Assembly (NCBI GenBank): GCA_965201075.1
Contig: CBDAVP010000004.1
Coordinates: forward strand, 62,001-126,000
DNA: 64,000 nt
Direction of reading: 5' to 3'
Origin: Isosphaeraceae bacterium
Lineage (GTDB): Bacteria; Planctomycetota; Planctomycetia; Isosphaerales; Isosphaeraceae
The position numbers were made by a program, and so were the translations under genes. Positions 37,066-46,197 of the stretch are shown here, one piece after another; position 1 is the stretch's first letter; the number at the start of each line of letters is the position of its first letter. The notes beneath the pieces are model-generated. The model did not search any database and was not told where the DNA came from. It was given only the letters and a program-made list of their open reading frames with translations.

Positions 37066-37730
37066 TGGAACCGTTCACCCACCACCGAGGCCGCCTGGCC
37101 CTGCTCGACTGGTCCGACGTCAACACCGACCTCATCATCCCCGCCCGCTACCTCAAGAGGGTCGAGCGGACTGGCTACGGGCCGCTGCTCTTCGCCGACA
37201 AGCGGTACGTTCCTGGCGGCTCGCCCGCGGCCGACGATCCCGAGTCCCACGGGCCCGAGGCGCCCGACTTTCCGCTGAATACCCCCGAGGCCCGAGGCGC
37301 CACCATCCTGGTCGTCGGCTCGAACTTCGGCTGCGGTTCCAGTCGAGAGCACGCGGTCTGGGCGGTGGCCCAGGCCGGATTTCGAGCGGTGGTCGCACCG
37401 GGCAAGGGGGAAGGGTTCGCCGACATCTTCGAGGGGAACGCCTTCAACAACGGCCTGCTCCCCATCGAACTGCCCGAGAACGACTGGAAAACCCTGGCCG
37501 CGGCATTCCCCGGCGAGGCCACCATCGACCTCCGCGACGGGACCATCACGCTGCACTCGGAGTCGGAGACGTCCGACGGTTCGCGCCCGCTGACCTTCGA
37601 GATTCCCGAATCTCAGCGCCACCGGCTGCTGAACGGGCTCGACGCGATCGCCGAGACACTCCAGGACGAGCCGGCCATCTCGGCTTATGAGCGGTTGGCG
37701 CCCGAGTGGGCCGCCGCCACCACCCGTTGA
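37065..37730 (+). CDS. leuD: 3-isopropylmalate dehydratase small subunit
   Basis: DVNTDLIIPARYL, NFGCGSSREHA, FADIF..N..NNGLLP; TGATG coupling. Confidence 0.96.
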   Translation: MEPFTHHRGRLALLDWSDVNTDLIIPARYLKRVERTGYGPLLFADKRYVPGGSPAADDPESHGPEAPDFPLNTPEARGATILVVGSNFGCGSSREHAVWAVAQAGFRAVVAPGKGEGFADIFEGNAFNNGLLPIELPENDWKTLAAAFPGEATIDLRDGTITLHSESETSDGSRPLTFEIPESQRHRLLNGLDAIAETLQDEPAISAYERLAPEWAAATTR

Positions 37731-37973
37731 GGCCGTAGTCCCTTTGAACCGCATCTGACGACCACTGGGCCGTCGCAACCACGCGACAGGCCCGTGGTCG
37801 TGACACGCACCCATGTTGAAAAAAGGAAACATGGCCGCGCGGTTCGGCATTGAGATATTAGGATTGCCCCCGCGTGTCAGGGGGATGGGCCGCTTCCGGG
37901 CCCTCCCTGGCCCAGCAGGGCGACTGGCGTTCGACCCTCGCCTGACGGTCCGCACCCACCGGAACCCCCGCCC

Positions 37974-38609
37974 ATGACGCGACACCTTCACGCCCCGCTC
38001 GCGGCCCTTCTCGGCCTGGCAGTCGCATTCACCCTCGCGCCCAGCGTGGCCCAGGCAGGCCGAATTCAGGTCGACGGCGTCCGGGTCGTGCCGACCAACC
38101 CCGACCCGGTCTACGACGTGTTTCTGAACATCCAGATTCCCGCCTTTTCCAAACTCGACAACGGGGACGTGATCACCCTGACCCACGCCCCGGGCATCGA
38201 GTCGCTGGCCAATACCACCGCGATTACCCCTCCGTCGGGTTCCCCTCTGTACAAGCACGTCGCCCAGTCGTTTCAGCCAGACCCTGAGCCCGGCTTCTAC
38301 GACGCGCAGTTGACCTATTTCGGCAACACGATCGACAACTCCAATTCGGCCAATCCCTATGCCCTCTCGAACAACAACGTCGGCTACCGCAGCGTGACCG
38401 TGAAGACGTTCACCCTGGCCGAGTTGACCGCGCCCATTTACTGGTACTCCCAGGACATCACCGGCCAAATCACCGATTCGGGCATTGTGATTCCGACCGT
38501 CGTTCCCGAACCCGGAACGTGCTTACTCGCCGCCACCGCCATCCCCGCCCTGGCTCTGTTTCGATCTCGGTGGAAGCGACGTCCCGCCCAACCGCTGGTC
38601 ACCGTCTGA
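37974..38609 (+). CDS. PEP-CTERM sorting domain protein
   Basis: Signal peptide (AQA cleavage); C-terminal VPEPGT + hydrophobic stretch + RSRWKRR. Confidence 0.88.
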   Translation: MTRHLHAPLAALLGLAVAFTLAPSVAQAGRIQVDGVRVVPTNPDPVYDVFLNIQIPAFSKLDNGDVITLTHAPGIESLANTTAITPPSGSPLYKHVAQSFQPDPEPGFYDAQLTYFGNTIDNSNSANPYALSNNNVGYRSVTVKTFTLAELTAPIYWYSQDITGQITDSGIVIPTVVPEPGTCLLAATAIPALALFRSRWKRRPAQPLVTV

Positions 38610-38664
38610 ACCGACCTTCTCCCGCGACCATGTCAGGGTCGGGTCAAAAAACCGTGGTCCATTC

Positions 38665-38698
38665 GCGAGACGCCGGCCCCCCAGTGCCGGCGTCTCGC
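38665..38698. terminator. Hairpin between convergent genes (probable terminator)
   Basis: 13-bp perfect stem gcgagacgccggc / gccggcgtctcgc. Confidence 0.6.
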
Positions 38699-38782
38699 TT
38701 GCGTACGGTTGGCTTGTTGAGATGGCTCGATCCCACCAAGAATCGTGGTGGCGATTGGCGGGTAGAGACCTGGGATGGCGGG

Positions 38783-41700
38783 TCAACCGGGACCTCGCGA
38801 GCCGTTGGCGGCCATCGCCAGCGGGAGGGTTCCGAAGGCGTCTCGCGTCCGTAGGGGTTGGAAGGCGTCGTCGCTCAGAACCTTGTCGGCGACGACGTCT
38901 CCCCGCTCGATCGCTTCGCGGAGCAGGGCGATGGCGTGGTCGGCGTAGGAGCCGGCGACCCCTTCGCGACGGTCGTTGGCCAGGGCGGCGTCGTTCCGTG
39001 CCAGTGGAACGCAGCGGGTCCAGAGCCGGGCCAGTTCCAGGCGGTCGGTGGTTCCACTCTTGGCGATCTCGGACGCTTCGCGCAGGGCCCGGGCCGCCTC
39101 GGCGTGGGCGCCGACGTCGAGCCTCGACGTCGCCAGGGCGATCAGGTGGTCGTGCCTTGCCAGCTTCGCGGCGTCGTCGGCGGGGGCGAGCTTCGCCGTC
39201 TCGCGGTCGGCCACGGCGGCGCGGTCGAGTAGGGCGAGGGCCTCGCCGTTCTGGCCGGCGGCCTTGCGGAGCGAGGCGAGGTCGGCCAGGGTTTCGCCGA
39301 GCCCGCTTTGCCAGTCGCCGCGGGTGGGGTCGGCTTTGGTGAGGGCTTCGTAAGCCGAGAGGGACCGTCGATAGGCGACCTCGGCGTCGGCGGGGCGGCC
39401 CGCCAGGTCCAGGCATTCGCCCAGATTTCCCGAGGCGATCGCCAGGCCCTCGGTCTCGGCCGTCGCGGGGGGCTTGGCCTCGGCGGCGAGGGCTTCGTAG
39501 AGAGCGAAGGAGCGCCGGAGGACCGATTCGGCTCCGGGGAGCTTGGCCATAGTGAGGTTGTCGCCCCGGTTGCTCAGGAAGGTCGCCAGGGCCTTGCGGT
39601 CGGTTGAGCGTCCTGGCGGGGAAAGGGCCAGGAGCTTCTCGTAGGCGTCGGCCGCTCGGCCATAGGCTTCCTCGGCCTGGGGTCGGTGACTCGCGACAGC
39701 TCGGGAGTCGCCGAGGTTGCCGAGGCATGCCGCCAGGCTTCGTCGATAGTCGGGGTCGTCCGGAAACAACAGGGTCAGGTCGTCGAGCAGGCCGCGGGCC
39801 CGGTCGTAAGACTCCTCGGCGCTTTCGGCCCGACCGGTGGAGTCGAGCAGTTTGCCGAGGTTGACCAGCAGGGCGGCCATACCGGCCCGGTAGCGGGGAA
39901 CCGTCGGCGCGGCCGCGACCAGCCCTTCGTAGACTCCGAGGCCTTCACGATAAAGCGGCTCGGCCTCGGCGGGGCGACCGCGTTCGTCCTCGGAAACGGC
40001 CAGGCTGTTGAGGCAGAGGGCCTGGTCGCGTCGGTAGTCGACCACGGCGGGAAATTCGCGGGCGAGTGCCCGATTCAGGTCCAATGCCCCCCGGAATTCA
40101 GCGCCGGCTTCGCGGGAATGGCCCGAGGCCCGGAGGATGGCGCCCAGGTTCATGCGGCCCCGAGCCAGTTCTCGACGGACTTCGGGGCGGTCGGGGAAGT
40201 CCTCGGCGACGCGAGCCAGCAGGGCGACTTCCCGACGGAGGAGGTCTTCCGGCTGGTCCCCCTGAGGATGCTCGGTGGCGAGGAGGCCGAGGCTGTTGTA
40301 GACCTTGGCCAGCCCCTCGCGGATGCGGGGCAGGGTCGGGGCGGCTCGGTGGACGGATTCCAACAGCTCGGCGGCCCTTCGGAATGCGGTGCCGGCCTGA
40401 TCGAAGCGACTGGCCTCGCGGTCAAGCTGGCCGTGAAGGTCGAGGGCGACGGCGAGTTCTCGGCGGGGCTCGATCTCCGAGGGGGCGGCGGCCACGGCCG
40501 ATTCCAACCCCTTCTCCGCCCGGCCCAGCGCCTCAGCCGCGTCTCGGGTGCGTCCTTCGATGCGAAGGAGTTCGCCCAGGCCCCGTTCGGCGCCGGCGGC
40601 GGCCAGCCGGGTGGCGGAGTCGGTCGGGTCGGCCGTGGCAATCGCCTCCTGGTAAAGGGTTTCGGCTTCCGATCGGCGGCCCAGGGGGACCAGCAGCGCG
40701 GCCAGGTGAGTGCGCGAGAGACCCAGGGCTTCCCTGGCACCGGCGGGGGGCGTCGGCGTGCTGGCCAGGGGAGCCAGGATGCCGAGGGCCTTGCGGTAAG
40801 CGGATTCGGCCTCGTCGCCCCGCCCGAGTTTGCGAAGGACGTCACCCATCCGGAGGAAGGCCCTGCCTCGCTCCTGGAGGATGATGGGATCGTGGGCGTC
40901 TTGCTGGGTGAACCCTTCGTAATACGCCAGCGCCTTGCCGAGAAAGTCCTTTTGCACGGGGTCCAACCGGTCTTCGAGCCACTTGTCGGCGACCTGCGAG
41001 TACATGTCGTCGACGGCATGACGGGCTTGCTCGCGTTGGCGACGAGCTTCATCGCGCTCTCGGCGGACGAGGACCGAACTGGTCGAGAGGACGATCGTGG
41101 AAAGGACCAGAAGCGCCGCGGCGGCGGCGACGGCCTGGCGATGACGACGGCCCCAGCGGTTCAGGCGAGTGGTCCAGGGCTCGGGGTAGGCGTCGACCGG
41201 TTCGTCGGCCAGCCAGCGGCGGACTTCCAGGGCCAGGGCGGTGGCCGAGGGGTAACGGTCGTCCGGCTGACGAGACAGGGCCTTGAGGCACACGGCCTCC
41301 AGAGCCGGAGAGAGGCTGGGGTCGAACGACCGAGGTTTGGGAGGGGTGGCCTCGCGGATCTGCCTCAGCAGTTCGGCGGTGGTGTTGCCGGTGAACGGGG
41401 GACGGCCAGTGAGAATCTCGTAAAGGATGGCGCCCAGGCCGTAGACGTCGGTCCGGCCGTCGATGGCGTCGATGCGGCCCTCGGCCTGCTCGGGAGCCAT
41501 GTAGGCGGGAGTGCCCTGTACCTGGCCTTCGAGGGTGGGGTTGTGGCCGGGAAGTTCCTCGCCGAGGTTAAGGGTGGGGAGCGTGGAATCGGCGGTGGCC
41601 GGCTCTCCCAGGACCTTGGCCAGCCCCCAGTCCAGGACGACGACCTCGCCAAAGTCGCCCAGGACAATGTTCTGCCCCTTGAGGTCTCGGTGGATCACCC

Positions 41701-42790
41701 CCCGGGAGTGGGCATAACCGATCGCGTTGCAGGCCGCGACGAAGGCGTTGAGCAAGGCGGCGCGGTCCAGGGCGGTCGCCTCGCCCTTGTCTCGCTTGGC
41801 GTGGTAGGCGACGATCGCGTCTCGCAGGGTGCCGCCCTTCAGGAACCTCATCGTGTAGAAGGGGAGGTCCATCTCGGAGCGACGGGTCAGTTCGTAGACG
41901 GGGACGATGCCGGGGTGTTCAAGCTGGCCGGTGATGCGGGCCTCTTCCAGGAACCGGGCCCAGGCGCTTTCGTTGTGGGCCTGCTCGGGGCGGAGTTCCT
42001 TGAGGGCGACCTCGCGGCCGAGGGCGGGGTCGCGGGCCAGCCAGACCTGTCCGATGCCGCCCATCGCGTGGAGGCGGGTCAGGGTGTAGCGGTCGCGGGT
42101 GTCGTCGGGATTGCCGGGGACCGAGAAGCTGGTGAGCAGGACGTGGCCGCCGGGAGCCGCCACCGACATCGTCGGCGAGTCGGGGCCCGGGACGTTTCCA
42201 TAGGCGAACCCTCGGGAGTCGCCCATCGGTTCGGCGACCGTGGCGTCGGGATCGTCGGCGAGGGTCGCGTCGGAACCCGCGGAACGGTCGGCCAGGGTCG
42301 CGGCGCCGGCTCCGGTCGCGAAGGTGCTCCGAGGGTCATCGGCGAGGGTGGCGTCAGGGCCCAACGCGAGGGTGGAAGGCGGATCAGCGAGCGTCCCGTC
42401 GACGAATGTCCCCTCCGGCTCGTCGGCGAGGGTGGCCTCGGCGCCGGCGGAGTGGCCCCGGGCGACTTCGGCGAGCGTCCCGCCAGCAAAGGTGCCCAGG
42501 GGGTCGTCGGCGAGGGTGGCGGTTCCGTCGGCCCGGGTGGCGTCGAGCTCGGAGAGCGGGGTCGGTGGCGGGGAGACCGGCTGGGGGCGACGAGGTGGCG
42601 GGGCGACGGCGAGGAGTTCGAGCGCCTCGCGACGGCCCTCGTCGATCCAGCCCATGCGGTGCAGCCACTCGGGCATCGCCGTGGATTCGTCGGCGGCCCA
42701 GGCCGCGCAGGCTCGCGCGAACTGGTCGTCGGTGATCCACTTGTAGCGATGCGACTCGATCGCCCCACGCAGATTCGCGAGCGCGCTCAT
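38783..42790 (-). CDS. Ser/Thr protein kinase with TM segment and TPR repeats
   Basis: GGIGQVW, VALK, HRDLKGQN, DWG, GTPAYMAPEQ; TM AVAAAAALLVL; long TPR-like region. Confidence 0.92.
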   Translation of the reverse strand: MSALANLRGAIESHRYKWITDDQFARACAAWAADESTAMPEWLHRMGWIDEGRREALELLAVAPPPRRPQPVSPPPTPLSELDATRADGTATLADDPLGTFAGGTLAEVARGHSAGAEATLADEPEGTFVDGTLADPPSTLALGPDATLADDPRSTFATGAGAATLADRSAGSDATLADDPDATVAEPMGDSRGFAYGNVPGPDSPTMSVAAPGGHVLLTSFSVPGNPDDTRDRYTLTRLHAMGGIGQVWLARDPALGREVALKELRPEQAHNESAWARFLEEARITGQLEHPGIVPVYELTRRSEMDLPFYTMRFLKGGTLRDAIVAYHAKRDKGEATALDRAALLNAFVAACNAIGYAHSRGVIHRDLKGQNIVLGDFGEVVVLDWGLAKVLGEPATADSTLPTLNLGEELPGHNPTLEGQVQGTPAYMAPEQAEGRIDAIDGRTDVYGLGAILYEILTGRPPFTGNTTAELLRQIREATPPKPRSFDPSLSPALEAVCLKALSRQPDDRYPSATALALEVRRWLADEPVDAYPEPWTTRLNRWGRRHRQAVAAAAALLVLSTIVLSTSSVLVRRERDEARRQREQARHAVDDMYSQVADKWLEDRLDPVQKDFLGKALAYYEGFTQQDAHDPIILQERGRAFLRMGDVLRKLGRGDEAESAYRKALGILAPLASTPTPPAGAREALGLSRTHLAALLVPLGRRSEAETLYQEAIATADPTDSATRLAAAGAERGLGELLRIEGRTRDAAEALGRAEKGLESAVAAAPSEIEPRRELAVALDLHGQLDREASRFDQAGTAFRRAAELLESVHRAAPTLPRIREGLAKVYNSLGLLATEHPQGDQPEDLLRREVALLARVAEDFPDRPEVRRELARGRMNLGAILRASGHSREAGAEFRGALDLNRALAREFPAVVDYRRDQALCLNSLAVSEDERGRPAEAEPLYREGLGVYEGLVAAAPTVPRYRAGMAALLVNLGKLLDSTGRAESAEESYDRARGLLDDLTLLFPDDPDYRRSLAACLGNLGDSRAVASHRPQAEEAYGRAADAYEKLLALSPPGRSTDRKALATFLSNRGDNLTMAKLPGAESVLRRSFALYEALAAEAKPPATAETEGLAIASGNLGECLDLAGRPADAEVAYRRSLSAYEALTKADPTRGDWQSGLGETLADLASLRKAAGQNGEALALLDRAAVADRETAKLAPADDAAKLARHDHLIALATSRLDVGAHAEAARALREASEIAKSGTTDRLELARLWTRCVPLARNDAALANDRREGVAGSYADHAIALLREAIERGDVVADKVLSDDAFQPLRTRDAFGTLPLAMAANGSRGPG

Positions 42791-43044
42791 CGTCGGTCCC
42801 CCACTTCCACCGCCACGGACGGATCGGAATCTCTTGGGAAGGATTATGCCTCAATGCGGGCGCGGACGGATACCCCTTCCCCGAGGAAGTCCACGACGAG
42901 ACGCAGGTCCCTCGATCGATTCATGCCGATTGAGCGGGACGGCCGTACGGGAAATCGCCCGGGATCAGGGAACCATCCGGAGGACGACGGATGCCAACTG
43001 ACCTTAACTTCGGTCAAGCCACACGGTTGCGGAAAACGATGCAG

Positions 43045-43716
43045 TCAATCTCGCGGTTTGACCATTTCGCGGATTTCCTCGTCGTTGAGGGGCCGCATCT
43101 GGATGTGACGAAGGGCGCCCGCGGAAGCGAAACTGGAGAACCCGAGAGGTTGGCTGGCGCGAGATTCGATCCGAGTCTTGATCTGGCGGTCGAGGATGGT
43201 CACGTCGATGATGCGTTTCTGGTCCACCCAGCAGCGGATGGCGTCGTTGGTGACGCGGACGCGGAAGGCGTACCAGGGGCCATCCTCGTACTTGACGAAC
43301 GTCGTCGTCTCGTTCTCCGAGGCGTCGGATCCATTGATGCTGGAGATCCCCGTGACGTTGCCTCCCCACCCGCCATTGACCAGCGTGGCGAAGGATTCGC
43401 CGACGGGGAAAGTCGCGGCGGCGAAGAAATCCTTCCCCTCCAGCCGTTTCGCCTCGTAACTGAGTTCGTAGTTGGTTTTCGGAAGGTCGGTCCGGGTAGT
43501 GGTGATACCCGTCATGCGACGGCCGACGCCCAGGACGATGGTGCCGTCCTCAACCTTGACCTCGCCCGGTTTGCCGAACTTCGAGGATTCCCAGCCCTGG
43601 AGAGTGGCCCCGTCGAAAAGAACCGTGGTCCCGGGGCCGTCGCCGAGGAGGGGGATCAGGCCCACCAGAGCCAGGACCGCCGCCAGTCTCCTGGCCGTCG
43701 CCCGGGGATTCCTCAT
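43045..43716 (-). CDS. DUF1080 (3-keto-disaccharide hydrolase-like) domain protein
   Basis: Signal peptide, LFDGATLQGW, NYEL, GGWGG..GISSING.DASENET. Confidence 0.8.
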   Translation of the reverse strand: MRNPRATARRLAAVLALVGLIPLLGDGPGTTVLFDGATLQGWESSKFGKPGEVKVEDGTIVLGVGRRMTGITTTRTDLPKTNYELSYEAKRLEGKDFFAAATFPVGESFATLVNGGWGGNVTGISSINGSDASENETTTFVKYEDGPWYAFRVRVTNDAIRCWVDQKRIIDVTILDRQIKTRIESRASQPLGFSSFASAGALRHIQMRPLNDEEIREMVKPRD

Positions 43717-43874
43717 GAATGACCCTTCGCTCGCTCGATTGGGGAAATCTCGGGATGATTCAGGCGGAGAATTTGCCCGGTGTCGTGGATCGACCGTTGG
43801 CCTCGACGACAGGTTTCGAGTTTCAGCCGCGACGTGGAGGCCACTCAATCGTCGGCGAGAAATCGTGGAAAAAA

Positions 43875-43945
43875 CTACCCGGCCAGGATTCGAACCTGGA
43901 AAAGCAGGACCAAAACCTGCTGTGATACCGTTTCACCACCGGGTA
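43875..43945 (-). tRNA. tRNA-Gln(TTG), no encoded CCA
   Basis: TACCCGGTGGTGAAACGGTATCACA-GCAGG-TTTTGGT-CCTGC..GGTTCGAATCC..CCGGGTAG. Confidence 0.95.
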
Positions 43946-44235
43946 AGGCGGGTCCCACCACTTTAACAACGCGGTCGGGGTCCGGGAAGTCTTGCCGCTC
44001 GCGAGTTCGCTCCCGGAGAGTTCTGGAACCCGCGAGATCCCAAATGTGAAGAGGGCTTGGGCGACGGCGTGCCCAACGCAAGGGAGCTGTGGGCGAATCG
44101 CCCGAAGCGTTTGGGGAGAAACGGGCTTCGGGAATGGGAAGGAAAATGGCGGCTTGCCGCATGATCGTCACTGACCATTCTTGGTCCGTGTCATCGAATG
44201 AAACGCGGGTGGGGCGATCACGGGTGTCCGATGAC

Positions 44236-44341
44236 TTCGCGGGAGAAACAGGGGCCAGGAGGCGTTCTCAAATTCGCGTTTCCTGATCAACTTACCATCA
44301 TGCGATCAAAATCGAATCCTGACCCCTGATTCTCCCGCGAA
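44236..44341. repeat. REPIN/MITE-like inverted doublet containing TGACCCCT motif
   Basis: Arms 44236-44260 and 44317-44341 match 23/25 as inverted repeats around a 56-bp AT-richer spacer. Confidence 0.8.
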
Positions 44342-44395
44342 CAGCCGCCCCAACCGCGGAACACCCACCCAGCAGCGAGTCCGATTCACCTCTCC

Positions 44396-45022
44396 TCAAT
44401 CCTTGGCGGAAGCCTCATGGGCCGGGTCGGCTCCGGCCTCGGCGGGCTTCTCCTCGACCTCCGGGGCAATGGGCGGCGGCACCGGCTTGGCGACCGTGTG
44501 CGTCTTGATCTCCGGAAGCTTCGGGCCCCCCTGGGCTCGCACCACGGCGTTGGGGTCGAGGTACTCCTCCGGGGTCAGCGACGCCTGCGAGGCATAGGCG
44601 TCGCCCCGGGGATGCTCGGCCTTTTTGTAGACAATCCGACACTCGGTGATCGCCGTGGTATCGGCCTGAGTCCGCCCCGTGGTCCGGCCGATGTTGGCCA
44701 GTTTGATCACCGGCTCGAACCCGATCGACCCCAGGGCGACCGAGTTCTTCCCGTCAAGGGTCAACGTCCGTGACCCCTCGACAACCTCCTCGGCCCGGAC
44801 GATCTCGTACCCTTGCGGGAAATGCTGGGCCATCAACACCTCGGCCCGGTCCCGATAGTGCGTCGGCCAGCGAGAGGTGTTCTCGGGCAGGCCGATCACC
44901 CCGTACTGGCCATCCTGATAAACGTAGCGGACCTCGCCGGTCGAGGCGCAACCCCCCGCCGCCAGCAAGGCCAGGCTCAGACTCGAACTCAGCAGACCCA
45001 TCCTCGAAGTCTTGGCAAACAT
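44396..45022 (-). CDS. Hypothetical lipoprotein
   Basis: GAGGTG RBS; signal peptide ending AAGGC; VRYVYQDG..HFPQGYEIVRAEEV. Confidence 0.75.
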   Translation of the reverse strand: MFAKTSRMGLLSSSLSLALLAAGGCASTGEVRYVYQDGQYGVIGLPENTSRWPTHYRDRAEVLMAQHFPQGYEIVRAEEVVEGSRTLTLDGKNSVALGSIGFEPVIKLANIGRTTGRTQADTTAITECRIVYKKAEHPRGDAYASQASLTPEEYLDPNAVVRAQGGPKLPEIKTHTVAKPVPPPIAPEVEEKPAEAGADPAHEASAKD

Positions 45023-45250
45023 TGCACCACCTCGCGAGGGGCCTGGCCCGTTCGTGGGCGTGGGTCCCGTCGAGAGCCTCTCGGCGCCGCATCCCTGCAG
45101 GGAGGCCGGATCTGTCGCGAGTTCCTGATACCGTTCGATCGCGTGGTGGGGATTCAAGGGGTGTGGGAGGCAGGAAATCGCAAAGTTCGTGCCGAGTCCG
45201 GTGGGCCGACCGCGGTGGCCGGCCCTCGACCCTCCCTCTTCGATTCTAGG

Positions 45251-46072
45251 CTATACGTCGAGGGGCGAGGGACCGTTGGCGCCGGCCGTCGACGAGGAAT
45301 GGACCTCCGACGCCTCGACCGAGGGGAATTCTCCGCTTCCCGCGGCTTGCGAATTTTCCTCGGAAACGGGCGGCCAGGTTTCCAGCGTGATCTCCCCGCC
45401 CCTCACGGCCACGAAAGGACAAGGCGGGTGTTCGGTCCAGGTCCCGCTGTTGAGGTACAGGACTCCGTCGACCGCGACGACCTCGGGGAAATGGGTATGG
45501 CCGCAGGTCACGGCCCGGCAGCCTCGGGCCCTGGCGTGTTCGACGGCCCGCTGGCGGACGAGCTGACTGTTGCGCTGCCACTTCTTGGAAATCCGCCGGA
45601 TCGCTCGGGCGGCTCGGTGGGGAGCCCACTTCTGGATGTAGTAGAAAATTCCGCATCCCAGCGCGGTAATTCCCTTGTAGTGGGTAATGAAGGTGTCGAA
45701 CTGGTCGCCATGAAGGATCAAAAGGCGGGCCCGGCCGTTGTCATAAAGATACTCATCCAGCACGTCGACACCGACGATGTGGCCGACGGTCTCGGCCGGT
45801 CCATCGTGGTTGCCGCGGACCCAGACCAGACGAAAATCGTCGCGGTCGGAGTTGCGCCGGATGATCTTCAAGCAGGCGAAATGCCGCTTCGACAACCGTT
45901 TGAAATTCAGGTCATCGAAGATATCGCCATTGATGACCAGTTCCCGAGCGTTCGCAACAGCCCACTCCAGGAAGGCCTCCAGGAGCTTCGCCTGGCAGAC
46001 GTCGCTACCCAGGTGCAGGTCGCTGATGACCAGGCAGTCATAAGGCGGGTCGGGTTGAAGGCTGTAGGTCAT
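45251..46072 (-). CDS. Calcineurin-like metallophosphoesterase (LpxH / UDP-2,3-diacylglucosamine diphosphatase family)
   Basis: ISDLHLG, INGDIFD, GNHD, HGDQFD, CGHTH, NSGTW. Confidence 0.88.
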   Translation of the reverse strand: MTYSLQPDPPYDCLVISDLHLGSDVCQAKLLEAFLEWAVANARELVINGDIFDDLNFKRLSKRHFACLKIIRRNSDRDDFRLVWVRGNHDGPAETVGHIVGVDVLDEYLYDNGRARLLILHGDQFDTFITHYKGITALGCGIFYYIQKWAPHRAARAIRRISKKWQRNSQLVRQRAVEHARARGCRAVTCGHTHFPEVVAVDGVLYLNSGTWTEHPPCPFVAVRGGEITLETWPPVSEENSQAAGSGEFPSVEASEVHSSSTAGANGPSPLDV

Positions 46073-46197
46073 GGCTCGGGGGCTCGCGACTCCGCTCGTC
46101 GAGTGGGTTGAGACCTCTTCGCCCAGTATCGCCAACAAACCGCCCACGGGGCGACCCTTCACGAAGAATTCACGCTGGGCGTTGCGTGCAACCTCTC

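Noticed and set aside
39686..43108. 1140-aa plus-strand ORF, and similar long ORFs at 21731-24268, 7485-9005 and 62165-63982
   Set aside because: Antisense shadows of clear kinase or cytochrome genes
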